The notes under the pieces were generated by a model. The model was not told where the DNA came from and searched no databases. It saw only the letters and a program-made list of their open reading frames with translations. A stretch of DNA of 64,000 nucleotides, from the NCBI GenBank assembly GCA_051294375.1, contig CM119265.1, positions 10,992,379-11,056,378 on the forward strand, written 5' to 3'. This document shows positions 1-12,963 of this stretch, piece by piece. The stretch is from Paraspadella gotoi. Lineage: Eukaryota > Animalia > Chaetognatha. The stretch's first letter is position 1. Every line of letters starts with the position of its first letter. Position numbers and translations under genes: made by a program.

Positions 1-3000
1 TCCAATTGAATTTAATAAGTAGTAATCAGTACAATGAGAACTTCACACGCTTGCATTTTCAAATACTTTTATTTATGGACTGATGAGAGCTAATGAATTC
101 CTAGCCACGTTTATCTCTTTCAGTTATTGATTAAAAACATACGAGCCAATTAGTTAGCAAATGTAACATCTTTATAATACTGACAGGTAAGAGAACATAT
201 TTCTTAATAAAAACTAAGAACATGTGATTACAATCTGCTTAGCTTATAAATGAACGAATTGTAACATTGTTTTTTTTCAAATTAACTAACTATGAATGCT
301 AGATAAATTGTTAACAATTGTATATAGATATTTTTAAATGCATTCAACAGACTTAGTAATCAGACATCTCAGGAAATAATCCGATTTTATATTTCTTTTC
401 TTCTTCTATTCTCGCTTCTTGTGTATTCGTCCTTTTTGTTTGACAAACATTTTCCAAAAAATACTTTTAATAAACTATGTCAAACTACCTCTTATATTTA
501 TCTCTTTGTACATAGTTTATTTCTAAAGGTTTTCTTAATCTGTAGGCAATGCCTAATCTAGCTTAGAATCCTGTCATATTCTGATTTCTTTACTCCAATG
601 AGCTTGTTTGGATCGACTTTTCTTTCCTACCTCTTTTCTCAATCCTTCCTTCCATCCCCTGATCAAATAATTCCTTCCTTCTCTTTGACTTTGTACCTTA
701 TTATTTCTTTTTTACTGTTTTATATTTAGTCTTTTCTGAAAATGAGTCTTTTTTAATTATGCTATTTTCTTGATCTTCTACTGAGCTTCATCTTAAAACG
801 TCATCATAAATAAGCCTTTTTGACTCCCAAAATAAAACATGTCCTGCTACCCGTGAATGATTGTTAAGCTTTTTTTGAGACGAAAAACGACCGAGAAGGG
901 AGAAGACTCGGGAGTTCAATGCTCAGATTTGCTATTTTATTCTTTATGTACTATATTTCTGAGTACTACTTATATAAAATGATATTAAGTTATTATTCCA
1001 CATGGAGAGAAAACGTTATAAAAAAAATTTTGTGTATGAATTATGTCATTAACTGTAATATTTTATTATAAATTTTGAGTGTGAACACATAGCAGGATTC
1101 TATCTATTATTCTCCCCCCATCCTTCTGCTCTACACGTTTCTCTCTCTCATCAAATCTGTCGATCTAGAAATATAAAGAAAGTCGATCGGTCGACATTTT
1201 TGCTTTTAGTGACTTAGCTTTGTTTATATATTTTATATATATACTTAATGGTAAGCCTATTTTTGTCAGTATATTGTAGCAATTGCATTTTAAAACTAAA
1301 ATATTGCAAATGACAAATTACATTCTACTGTTTATCATTGAAGAAAAAAGGCAATCACAAAAGTCGCATTACTATAGCAAACCTTAAAGAGAAGACTCTT
1401 AATAATTATTGTGGAAGTTATACACAAAAAAACTTTATTAATTTTGAATAATTCTCAATATAATTAATAATGTTATTATGCCTATTTTCTTATTTAACAT
1501 TTAAGCATTTTCGTGGAATTTACAAATTTGTAATGTTTTTTGTCGTCAATACTTCTCAAAAAAATTCATCACGAAACTTAGACGATTTAGACAAAAAAGA
1601 TTAAACGCGTTTCTTGAAGTATAATGAATAATTATGTCTGCTGATCAAACGATTTAAAAATAAAAAAATTGAATTCTAACATACTTCTTGCCACAATTAG
1701 TTATGCTGAAGAAGAAATGTTGAAAATCGGTAATTAATAAGGAAGTGCTATGACTTTTTATTTGTTAAATTAGAAAAAGAATTGTTAAGTGCTTTATGTT
1801 GAGTACATTACCGAAAGAGTGGACTTTTGATTAATGAGTTATTTTTAACAATACTTGAGAACTATAACGTGGCCATTTGTCAATGTGAGTGCAAATTAAA
1901 TTTTTACTATAATTGTGAAGTAAAAATTGAAAGATTATTGGAAAAAATCGATTTTTTAAAAGAAAATATGATAATGTAAGGAAAGTTACGATGTGTTGAG
2001 AGAGCGAGGGCAGAAGATATCCTTGTATGAACGCTATATTTTAAAATGGGCCAACGGTTGTAAGTTAGTCATACCATCCTCAACCCCACATATGCCCTGG
2101 AACGAGCTCGTCAGGCCAAACATGCTAAGTATGAAGGCAAACTGCCGGCCGACGTTGGCTTCATCCCTTTGGTTGTCACTACCTTGGGGCATGGGACCTG
2201 GATGCTTTCTCAAACCTAAAAGACTTGCCAAACTCCAAGCAACGAATGCAGGCTTAGATATCGGCAAAACGTCTAAGCACTTTTTTGAGAGACTTTCTGT
2301 CTGCCTTCAGTGCAGAAGGGAACCTGCTTGCTTCCCGAAGTCCCGTGATTGAGTTGCCTCTCATGTGGACGGAGTTGCTTGACTTTGTCCCCTGATCTCT
2401 TTTTCTTTTTTATTTTCTTTTTTTGTTTACGTTTATTGTTGACATAAGATATTTTTGCAACCATTCCCGCAATTATTTGTTTGCTGTTTTCTTTTCAGAA
2501 AAAAAAAAGTAATTTAGATGAAGTATGAAGTATGAAGCTATATTTTATATTGGGCCTCTCCGGCGAACTGGTTTATGTAATTAAGAACATCTGGATGAAG
2601 TATAAATCTCTCCCAAAAGCTAGCTCAGGGTTGTACCTACAGTGACTACCCCATGTCACTACGACAAGTATTTCCCTGTCCAAGCTAATTGAGTTTAACC
2701 AGACTATCTCGAGACAAGTTTTAGGATTACCAGAGTATCTCATTTTACCTTTCATGTTCTCTTTTTCTCTCCCCCTCCCTCTTTCTCTCTCTCTCTCTTT
2801 CAAATGAAAATGAATGAATAAAAAATGAAGAAAAAAAGAATGAAGAAAAAAAAAAAAAAAAAAAACGCAAAACATCATTTGTATAAACTATCAATCAATC
2901 AGTAAAGACCAATGTCAATCATTTGATCAATTGATAGATGGATCAATCACTCAATCAACCAACCAATCAATCTATTGATAGATAAATCAATCACTAATCA

Positions 3001-3050
3001 ACCAGTCCAAGAATCATGTATGCAATTAATCAACACTCATTTATTCCTTA
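1..3050 (+). repeat. Direct duplicate of about 7060-10220; first ~2 kb heavily degraded, last ~1 kb near-identical
   Basis: 1986-3050 matches 9148-10220 closely; landmarks such as ttaataaaaacta..caat.gcttagctt (~205-245 vs ~7230-7275) and ctctctctca..tctagaaa (1141 vs 8141) align the noisy part. Confidence 0.75.
2068..2508 (+). mobile_element. 5'-truncated 3' end of an RLE-encoding (CRE-like) non-LTR retrotransposon with poly(A)
   Basis: Frameshifted translation HTILNPTYALERARQAKHAKYEGKLPADVGFIPLVVTT.G.W...FFERLSVCLQ; KxxKY, FxPxxxxxxGxW and LSxxLQR are C-terminal RLE motifs typical of CRE-like elements; ends ...cttttcag(A)n. Confidence 0.75.
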
Positions 3051-4378
3051 ATATTCATGAATCATAAATTGACAATAGAAAATCAGGCTGAAAAAATAGT
3101 CTAAGAATGTAGAGAGAGAGAGAGTGTGAAAGAGAATTGTCCTTTTTGGTATATTTTTCTCTATCTCGGCCAGTTTTTGAGAGCGGCAATTATTAAATCT
3201 ACTTTTCCAAATTTTTGTCACTTCTTTTTCAGTCTTAATGAACTTTTGAACGTCGCTCGTTGGAAAATGTTGTTTTAAGCGTTTTCGCGACTTCCTACTG
3301 TTTTTGTCACATTATTGCCACAATTTTTTGACCATATACGTAATATATTACTAGACTCGTCAGAACCCCTTTCTGACGGTGACACGTCGAACGCCTTGGC
3401 GCCAAAGCGTGAAATCAAGAAGTCTTTACAGAGAGAGAGAGAGAGAGAGAGAGAAAAGAAAGAAATATACTGATAACTGTTAATTCTTAAGTACGTATAC
3501 AGTCGTCTCTTTGTCATTTATCTGTAATTCTTTGTCTGAAAAATCAATAAAGTTGTAAATTTATGAGTGTAGGAAAAGAACAATAATTTCCTTTTACCCT
3601 TGTTCTATGAATTGCGCTGAATTTAATCATGCCCATGTTGATGCAACAGTTTATTGATTAATTGATGATTGACTGATGATTGGATGATAATATTGATTTA
3701 TTGATTGATGGATGGGATTGATTTATTGATAGCTGGAACCGGAAGTAGCTAACCGGGGAGCGTCTTCATTCGGAGTTGCATGGAGGCTCAAAAGGAAAAA
3801 TGCACCACCAGTTTTCTCTGCGGCGTCCAGCGGGCCTTCAGCGTCCTGCTCAGACTCTGCACCAGGGTCATCGTGGTGGGGACGAATCCAATATGGCCCA
3901 TTTTAAATATAGCGTTCATACAAGGATTCTTCTGCCCTCGCTCTCTCAACACATCGTAACTTTAACCTTTTTACATTATTCATCTTCTATTTTTTGTGCA
4001 GATCTGCTTGCCAGACCGACTAATTCCTCTTTTTCGGTCCGCCCCTCAATCTTGCGGGCATTCACTTATATCATGTCAGAACATGAATTATGATAAATTA
4101 TGCAAAAAAAAAAACGATGTCCGTCCGTCTGCTGTCGCTCAGTCCGCATAATGATTAGCTCGATAATAATAGTTTTGACTGATGACTAAAAGAAAATGAC
4201 ACGTCTAAAACTATTTCCTTGTAAATGCTAATAAACTGCTCAGAATTTTAGTTCAATTCTGACAACATCTCACAACCCTTTTGAGTATGTATATCTAATT
4301 TTAAGAAGATGTACTAGCTATATTCCGAAGTTATGCGAAGCTTTAAAAAATGTCCGATTAATTTTAACTGCCAATGGG

Positions 4379-4382
<4 letters not shown>

Positions 4383-4409
<27 letters not shown>

Positions 4410-4674
4410 CTGAAAAGAAAAAGAGCAAACCAAATTAATTGGCGGGATGGTTGCAAAAATATATTATGTAAGACAATAAACGAGAATAATAAATGATCAA
4501 GTTAATTAAGCGTGATATTTATTTGTTAATGTAATGATCATCTTTGTGAAGAAGACAGTGAAATTATTTATGATGTGTTAATGACAGGAACCGGTTCAAT
4601 ATATAGCGTCCTGAGGCTTCGGATCGAGGCTGTAACACCATGTTACGGCGGGTTAAGCGCCCCGTCGCTCTTAA

Positions 4675-4707
<33 letters not shown>

Positions 4708-4835
4708 ATAAAAAACTGGCGCCAGACGACCACCGGGGGCTAGAACCCGCGGACTCTTTGGGGTTGGGAGGCGAATGACGTTGTGCCGGCACACAGTGGC
4801 CGCTGATGAAACGGGTTGGGGATTTAGTCACCATG
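4383..4835 (-). mobile_element. tRNA-derived SINE-like element with LINE-derived 3' tail and long poly(A)
   Basis: Reverse complement matches the tRNA-like head and hairpin body at 17911 and 63452; ends in ~85 nt matching the CRE-like 3'UTR, then the poly(T) run at 4383-4409. Confidence 0.75.
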
Positions 4836-5834
4836 ACTTGCATTTACATTTAATGATAACATAAGAAGCGATAATCATTAGTGAACAGGTTTTTTTTGCG
4901 TAATGGTTTTGCCAGAATCATAAGTGGCGTCGTCGTCGTCGTCGTTGCGCGTTCAAATTTGATAGATCTTCTTTTATTTTAATTTGGGTGTATGAAGCTG
5001 ATTATTATAGTACAGCTTCTAGATCTTCATTGATGGTGGGCTTAAATTGGGTCAGGAACAATTATTAAATGTTGTTTTCCTCTCGTTTGTTATTTTGTTT
5101 TTCTCCTCGTCTGCTTTTCTCTTTTTAAATTTAAATGCAGCTCTCAAGTACTCTGTCTCTCTTTGTCACGTGCTGATTCATCGGAAAAAACAAAACGACC
5201 ATGCTTGCAGGGGCTCTTTCTTTTTTTTTTGCCTCTCGCTCTTTTTTTTCCTACTGCTCTGCTGCTGCTGCCTTTTTGAGTCCTGGCAGGCTGGAGGCGT
5301 GCCCTCTTCTGCAGGGGGCTCTTTTCTTTTTCTCTCTTTTCTTTCACTGCTGCTGTATGCTGCTGCTTTTTGGATTGTTTCTTTTTCTTTTTCGTCATTT
5401 TCCTCTCGTCTCTCTCAGCCTTTTTTATTAGAAAAAAATTGAATTAGGATTGAACTCGTAAAATTGAGGCATCCGGCATGTCGTGTATGTTATCATTTTG
5501 CTAGTCGCAACAGTCGGGTTTTATTTCGTTTTTGTTAGTCCGGATTCTGCTTTCAGCAGATCCGATGACTTTATACTTCACGTTTTAACTTTGTGTCAAT
5601 CCCGTTTCGGTCCGCCCCTCTGTGTCATATCGGATCTTTTGTCGAGCATTCATTATATATGTCAGAAGAAAAATAAACATCGAATTTGATTATGTAATTA
5701 TGCAAAAAAAATGAAAAATGTCCATCGTCTGTTTTGTTCTTTGGTCCGTCCCCAGCATTCTCGCACTGGAAACGGAAATTCATCGAAATACTTTCGATTA
5801 TCCTGGCTCNNNNNNNNNNNNNNNNNNNNNNNNN

Positions 5835-6109
5835 GTGTCTTGCAAATCGCCTCCCTCGTCGTCGTGCACGAATAACGAACTTAGAAGGTCGCGGATAAAT
5901 TTGGAATGTCACCGATATACTACAACTGCACAGATACTTAACTTTTTTATGGAAGAACCTGCCATCTGGGGAGCAAAGAATTGAAAGCACTCACCTTTAC
6001 CTTTTTGTAGGTCTGTCTCCACGGAGCTTCCGGGATCTGGTGTGGTATCATTATCGCATCTGCGGAGCTCTCGCGTTGTGGCGCCGCTTCGCAGAGATCC
6101 AACCCCTTG
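5835..6109 (+). pseudogene. MS4A/CD20-like paralog fragment (TM1-TM2 region), frameshifted or misassembled
   Basis: VLQIASLVVVH just after the gap, then GASGIWCGIII..ICGAL..CGAASQRSNPL followed by a gtaagt donor at the same position as in the other three paralogs. Confidence 0.6.
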
Positions 6110-6959
6110 GTAAGTATTATTACATAAGCAACAATGAAGAATCACCATTTGGTGATGGCTCGCCTATTCCTGGATATTGGGATTAAAGAGCCGAAATCAA
6201 TGAAGGGTATAGGTTTCCACACTGATGACTTCCCATTGTAAATAAGATAAAAAATATCAAAAAAGAAATAATTAAAAAGTAGGATAATTTTCATTAAAGT
6301 ATTTTAAAATTATATTCCTAACATACTCTGGAGTGAATAAACGGGACTTTGGAGAGTCTTGATTGAAAGCTTGCAGGGACCTACTATGTTAATTATCTTT
6401 TAAAGTGAAGGAGGCCTTAAACCACCAAAGCCTGTCCAAAGTCAGGGGCAAGATAGCTTATTTTATTAAATGAATGGATAATTTTTATATTGGTTGTACC
6501 AATTTCATAAAGGTTCCCCTATAGACTAGAGTTATTATTATATTATTATAAAAAGAGATTAAGACAAGGATTCTAAATAAATAAATTTTTGTAAATTAGA
6601 TCATCCAAGGCCGAGATATGGCATTTTTAAATTGTAAAGAGAAAAAAATACCCCTTTTTCAAACCCCAATAAAAACATGTACAATAAAAATATCTCTTTA
6701 ATATTTTAAAGATAGGTAATATTTTCATTCAAATTAACAGTCTTTAAGTTTCAGATCAATCGGAAAACTTTTACTATTAAATCTTTAAGGAGAAAGTTAA
6801 TTTTTGAAAAAAAATAGATAGATGAATAATGTAAAAAGGTTAAAGTTACCACGGTTCCCTAGACACCCCAAAAAAGGAAAATAGAAATAACCCATTTTTG
6901 AAACACAAAAAAATGAAAAAATATAATGTTTTTACTACATCGTAGTGAAGTCGAAAAAT

Positions 6960-9101
6960 TCTGATCCAAGCAAGTTTTTTTATTGAATTTTAAAGTTTGT
7001 TATAATTTTTCATACAAAATGAGAAACTAATCAACGACTTTTGTCCATTCTTTGTCAAATTTTACTTTCTTTATATTAATCATTATCGACTGAAAGAGAG
7101 CTTTAATTTGAACTCTTCTCATAAGCCTACGATTATTCGTTCTCAAGTTATATTAAAAATAACTCAATTTTATTACAAAAATAGTAACCATTTTATAATT
7201 ACTACATGAAAGACTTAATCAAATTCTTATTTAATAAAAAAACTATAGAAATGCTACATACAATTGCTTAGCTTCAAAATTAACCTAATTTTAAATTTTT
7301 TTCAAGCAATAACTACTATGAAATGCTATGTATAAAATTGTTAAATTTCTATATATATAGTTTTAAAAAAATTTAACATCAAGCAAGAGCATAATTAGTA
7401 ATATTATACATCCAAAAAGAATCCGCATTTATGATCTTTTTTTGAGTCTAATCTCAGTTCTCTGTGAGAAATTCGTTTTGAGATATTGACAAAAACAATT
7501 CCTCACAAAATGCTTATAAAGTAAAAAAATATTCAAAAATATTAATATTTGAGTCAATTTTCGATAATTTTATCATAAAAGGTTTTAATTGATAGGAAAT
7601 ATGCCAATAATTAATTAATTTCATATTTATAAAGATTTTTTAATCAAACATGACTTGTGTGATCGCCTTTTTTCTCCAAAAATAGACAAAATAAAATTGT
7701 GATTTGTCTATTTTTTGCTAATATTTTAAGCTTTTAATATTAGAATTCTTACTGAAAAATGATATTAATAAAAAATAATGGCTATTTCTGATCTAACGAG
7801 CTATCATACTTTAAATATCATAAAAAATAAGTATTATGAAGTCAAAATGAAAAAAAATGTCAGTACCGAAATCGATTTTTAGTAATCTTCTTAGAGAGAG
7901 AAAGAGAGAGGAAAAGGAGAGAGAGGGGGGAGGGAGATAAAGATAGAAAGCCTTATTATTATATTATATTACTATATTATACTATACTATATTATATTAA
8001 TATATTATATTATTACTATATTTATTCACAAGTGAGAGACGAATTAAAAAATATTTTGAATTATATTTCATTAAACTTTATTTTGTCTAAATTTAATTTT
8101 AAATATTTTTAAGTTTGAACACACATAAAGGTCCCCCCTTCTCTCTCTCATTTTCGTCTAGAAAATAAAAAATCGATTTCGGTACTGACATTTTTTTTTT
8201 CATTTTGACTTCATAATACTTATTTTTTATGATATTTTAATAGCTATGATAGCTGCCTAGAATCAGAAATAGCCATATTTTTATTATATCATTTTCTTCA
8301 GTAAGAATTCTAATATTAAAAGCTTAAAATATTAGCAAAAAATAGACAAATTACAATTTTATTTGTATATTTTGAAGAAAAAAAGGCGATCCACAGTCAT
8401 GTTGATTATAAAACCTTTAAATATGAAATTTAATTTATTATTGGAATATTTTTCTATCAATTAAAACCTTTATTATGATAAAATCTATCTGAAATTGACT
8501 CAAATATTAAATATTAATTATTATTTTTTTTACTTTTTAAGCATTTTGTGGAATTGTTTTTGTTCAATATCTCAAAAACGAATTATCACAGAGAACTGAG
8601 ATTAGACTCAAAGAAAGATCATAAAATGAGGTTTCTTTGGAAGTATAATATTACTAATTATGCTCTTGCTTGATGTTAAAAACTATTTAAAATATATATA
8701 TAAAATTTTAACAATTTTATACATAGCATTTCATAGTAGTTATTGGTTGGAAGAAAAATTTAAAATTAGGTTAATTTTGAAGCTAAGCAATTGTATGTTT
8801 ACATTTCTATAGTTTTTTATTAAATAAAGAATGATTAAGTTCTTTCATGTAGTAATTAACAAAATGGTTACTATTTTTTGTAATTAAATTGAGTTATTTT
8901 TAATAATAACTGAGAACGAATAATCGTAGGCTTATGAGAGTGAGTTCAAATTAAAGCTCTCTTTCAGTAGATAATGATTGATATAAAGAAAGTAAAATTT
9001 GACAAAGAATGACAAAGTCGTTGATTAGTTTCTCATTATTTTGTATGAAAAATTATAACAAAACTTTAAAATTCATTTAAAAAAAAAACTGCTTGGATCA
9101 G
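6960..9101. mobile_element. Foldback/MITE-like element with ~930-bp inverted arms
   Basis: 6960-7890 is the reverse complement of ~8155-9101 (tctgatccaagc / gcttggatcaga; cagtaccgaaatcgat / atcgatttcggtactg); non-coding spacer. Confidence 0.8.
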
Positions 9102-9227
9102 ATTCGATTCTTTGGATATCAATCAATGATATTTTTGGTGTCTAACTGTTACGATGTGTTGAGAGAGCGAGGGCAGAAGATATCCTTGTATGAACGCTAT
9201 ATTTTAAAATGGGCCAACGGTTGTGTA

Positions 9228-9668
9228 GTCATACCATCCTCAACCCCACATATGCCCTGGAACGAGCTCGTCAGGCCAAACACTGCTAAGTATGAAGGCA
9301 AACTGCCGGCCGACGTTGGCTTCATCCCTTTGGTTGTCACTACCTTGGGGCATGGGACCTGGATGCTTTCTCAAACCTAAAAGACTTTGCCAAACTCCAA
9401 GCAACGAATGCAGGCTTAGATATCGGCAAAACGTCTAAGCACTTTTTTGAGAGACTTTCTGTCTGCCTTCAGTGCAGAATGGGAACCTGCTTGCTTCCCG
9501 AAGTCCCGTGATTAGTTGCCGTCTCATGTGGACGGAGTTGCTTGACTTTGTCCCCTGATCTCTTTTCTTTTTTATTTCTTTTTTTGTTTACGTTTATTTT
9601 GACATAAGATATTTTTGCAACCATTCCCGCAATTATTTGTTTGCTGTTTTCTTTTCAGAAAAAAAAAA
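9228..9668 (+). mobile_element. Second copy of the CRE-like RLE 3' fragment with poly(A)
   Basis: Near-identical to 2068-2508; same KY, FIPLVVTT and RLSVCLQ motifs. Confidence 0.75.
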
Positions 9669-10387
9669 GTAATTAGAACATTTAGATGAAGTATGAAGTA
9701 TATTATTTTATATTGGGCCCTCCGGCGAACTGGTTGTATGTAATTAGAAACATCTGGATGAAGTATAAAAACATCTCCCAAAAGCTAGCGCTCAGGGCTT
9801 GTACCTACAGTGACTACCCCATGTCACTGACCAAGTATTTCCCTGTCCAAGCTAATATGAGTTTAACCAGACTATCTCGAGACAAGTTTTAGGATTACCA
9901 GAGTATCTCATTTTACCTCTTTCATGTTCTCTTTTTCTCTCCCCCTCCCTCTTTCTCTCTCTCTTTCAAATGAAAATGAATGAATAAAAAATGAAGAAAA
10001 GAATGAAGAAAAAAAAAAAATAAAAAAAAAACGCAAAACATCATTTTATAAACTATCAATCAATCAGTAAAAGGACCAATAAGTCAATCATTTGATCAAT
10101 TGATAGATGGATCAATCACTCAATCAACCAACCAATCAATCTATTGATAGATAAATCAATCACTAATCAATCAGTCCAAGAATCATGTATGCAATTAATC
10201 AAACACTCATTTATTCCTATTCTGGAAAATTTGGAGAAAAACGATGAACCATGCATCTTTAAACACCAATTAATTAGCAAAAAATTTATTAATTTTAGAT
10301 TTTGTGATTAAACTTTCTTTCGTTGTGTTTGGGTTATTTGAGATTAAAGACGAAATCTTTTACATCAACGATTTTTATTTTTAAAGG

Positions 10388-10430
10388 TGCATACAAGTTT
10401 CGGCTTTCATTCAAGCCTTCATCAGTGCTT
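10388..10430 (-). ncRNA. Minimal type I hammerhead ribozyme (PLE pLTR)
   Basis: Minus strand: gca CUGAUGA A GGCUU gaauga AAGCC GAAA cuu GUA ugc. Confidence 0.8.
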
Positions 10431-11529
10431 TGTCAATTCACAATTTGATCTTTTTTAAATTGACTTTGGGAGAGAGAGAGAGAAGAAATGGCCAACAAAG
10501 ATGTGAGACAGTACAGTGGAGAAATGTGAGGACAGGTTTAAGAGAGATAGAGAGAGAATGTGAGAGAAAAGAAATTAAATTTTGTGAGTGAGAGAGAGAG
10601 ACAGAGAAGCAGAGGTTAACAATTGGTATGAAAATACATTAGATAATGTACAACAATAGTAAATTTAATAAATAAGTAAACAGACTTAAACAAACTAAAT
10701 GATTTAAATTAATTCAGATTAAAATAAAGTGAATAAAGAAATGAAATTTAGATGAAATGGAAATAAGGATGTTGAGGGATAGGTAAGTGAAAGAGTAAGT
10801 GAAAAATAAGAAAAAGAAAAAGCTCAAAATGAGCTGGCCCCCCCCGGGTCAACAATGGGGGATGCTGGCGATGTGGTCGGGTCATTGGTTTGTCATAGGC
10901 TGAGCGGCTATTGTGGTGGAGAGCGACATGGACGGGTCCGGTAGAGACCCAGGCGGAAAAAGGCCAAGTGCAACTCGAATATCTCTCTCTATCTCTCTTA
11001 AACCTGTCCTCACTAGGCCGGAACAGGTTGAAAACTAGAAGTTCTCTCAAATAAATAATGGTAAAGTGACTGTTAGAGAATATGAAAATAAAAATAATTT
11101 AAGAAAAATATTTTATTAATAAGCGCACGGAAGCATTTAAAGATTAATTTTATTCTATTATTAAAGTTAAAAAATTTTTTGAAATTTTTCAATTTTTTTT
11201 AATGGATTCTGATAGAGCTTTAAAAGTTAGATAAAGGTTATTAATAAATTTTTATATGATAATCCTTTCTTTTCGTTGTAAATGATTAGAGAAAAACAAA
11301 GTTTTATTAGTTTCAACGAATTTGTTTTTATTGGAAAACAGACATGTTTCGGCTTTGGTTTTCAAGCTAGAGAGGTAGGTATCGGCCGCGCCGTGGGCAG
11401 TGGCCAACCAGGGGCTGCCCAAGTAACCGCTGACGCAGTTTCTTCTCCCGCCCCCAGGGGGAAGAAAGGGTACTTGCTGCTGAAGAGCCGACGCGCGCCA
11501 CCACAGCGCAAGTGGAAGATAGGCAGAAG

Positions 11530-12040
11530 CGCCCAAGGAACGTGGGTCACTTTCCCTCCCCTACCACCAGGGGATCACTGAATCATTGGTGCGGGTGCTA
11601 GCAAAGCAGGGAATCTCCACTTCAGTGACGACCCGCGGTTCCCTACGTGAGCAACTGGTGAAACCGAAAGATAAAATTCCCAGACCGAAAATATCAGGAG
11701 CCGTCTATTGGGCGGCCTGTGCAGGGGCGGGCAACCAGCCTGTACAGCAGCATACGTGGGCGAGACAGGCAAATCTCTGACAGACCGATTCCAGCAACAT
11801 ACAAAGCCTTATCGTGACGCACGAGGTCACTACTTGTCAGCAATTGCCGAGCACACGGCAAATACAGGCCATCTGTTTAGACAATCAGACTGTCTCGTGC
11901 TGTCCCATGACCCGAACTGGTTCTCAGAGGTATTAGAGAGGCAGTTTACATCAAAAGCCCTCGAGCCCTCTTTGAACCGTGATGGAGGACGATTTGATCT
12001 CCCTCCAAGCTACGATTCGCTTATCAAAAGCGTGGTGAGG
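11530..12040 (+). pseudogene. Frameshifted PLE ORF 3' end: RT thumb/linker plus GIY-YIG endonuclease
   Basis: SLREQLVKPKD..SGAVY..C..C..AYVGETGKSLTDRFQQH..SAIAEH..GH..PSLNRDGG spread across ORFs 11586 and 11708; classic Penelope/Poseidon endonuclease motifs. Confidence 0.9.
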
Positions 12041-12916
12041 CCCCGTCTCCACCACGTCCGCACAATGATTCCCCTGTCTCTACTCAACGAGGCCGGCGGA
12101 GACTGCGCCAGGCCAATGGACAGGCGATGCCTCTCCCTCAAATGCAGCAACTCAGTCCCTTTCTCTGGTGACTGGCGTCGCCCTAAACGACCGCTTCAGG
12201 AGGAGGGAGAGGAGTCCACCACTCCTGTCGCTAAAGCGGCAAGAACGGACAACCGCCCACCTCGCCAGCGGCGAGACGAGGGCAGTCGGCAGGCGTATCA
12301 GGCCAAAGAGACATAAGAGTGGCACTAGGGATCTTCCTTCTGGCTCAGTCCCAGTCCAACACTTATAAGTTCGGTCACACTCTCCTCTCAGCCACTGACG
12401 CGCCAATGACCCGTCACCATCCCCTATGTCCTTCCTTTGCACAACCAAGGGGGGCCAGCTCATTTTGAGCTCTTTCTTACTCCTAAATTTCAATTTCTTA
12501 GGCTCTTATATAGCAATATAAAATATAAACTAAACTTTCTTTCATTTTTCCTTCACATTTCAACCAATTTCTTTACCTAATTAGTACACACATTTAATTA
12601 TTTATTCACTCTTTTTGGCAATTGTTAAAAAATTCTCACCAATCTTTTTCAGTTTTTAAACATTTATCACTGTTGTACATTGCACAATGTATATTTTTAA
12701 TTATTTATTTATCCCTGTTAAGTCTATCTCTCTCTCTCTTCTCTTTCTCTCTAACAAATTTCATTTCTTTCAAAAACTCACTCAATCTGTGTTCAACTTA
12801 CCCTGTCCTCACCTCTGACCACTATTCTGTCTCACCACTTTGTTGGAAACTTTAACTTTCTCTCTCTCTCTCTCTCTCTCTCACTCTTCTTTTGCACAAT
12901 ATTTTGTTCTAATTCA

Positions 12917-12963
12917 CAAACACTGAAGAAGGCTTGAAAACCAAAGCCGAAACATGTCTGTTT
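12917..12963 (+). ncRNA. Minimal type I hammerhead ribozyme (PLE2 pLTR)
   Basis: aaaca CUGAAGA A GGCUU gaaaacca AAGCC GAAA cau GUC uguuu; stems I and II pair; palindromic ACAUGU stem III. Confidence 0.85.

Noticed and set aside
78-112. CTGATGAG with a short stem as a hammerhead
   Set aside because: No GAAA follows, and it lies in the noisy duplicate of a non-ribozyme repeat
1-2000. Anciently diverged segmental duplication
   Set aside because: The abrupt switch from very noisy to near-identical sequence and the indel-rich pattern fit uncorrected read consensus better; the same caveat applies to 27460-29150
9147-9604. Solo LTR with TGT..ACA ends
   Set aside because: The first ~70 nt belong to a separate repeat (also at 3895-3960 minus) and the rest is a LINE 3' end that continues to a poly(A)
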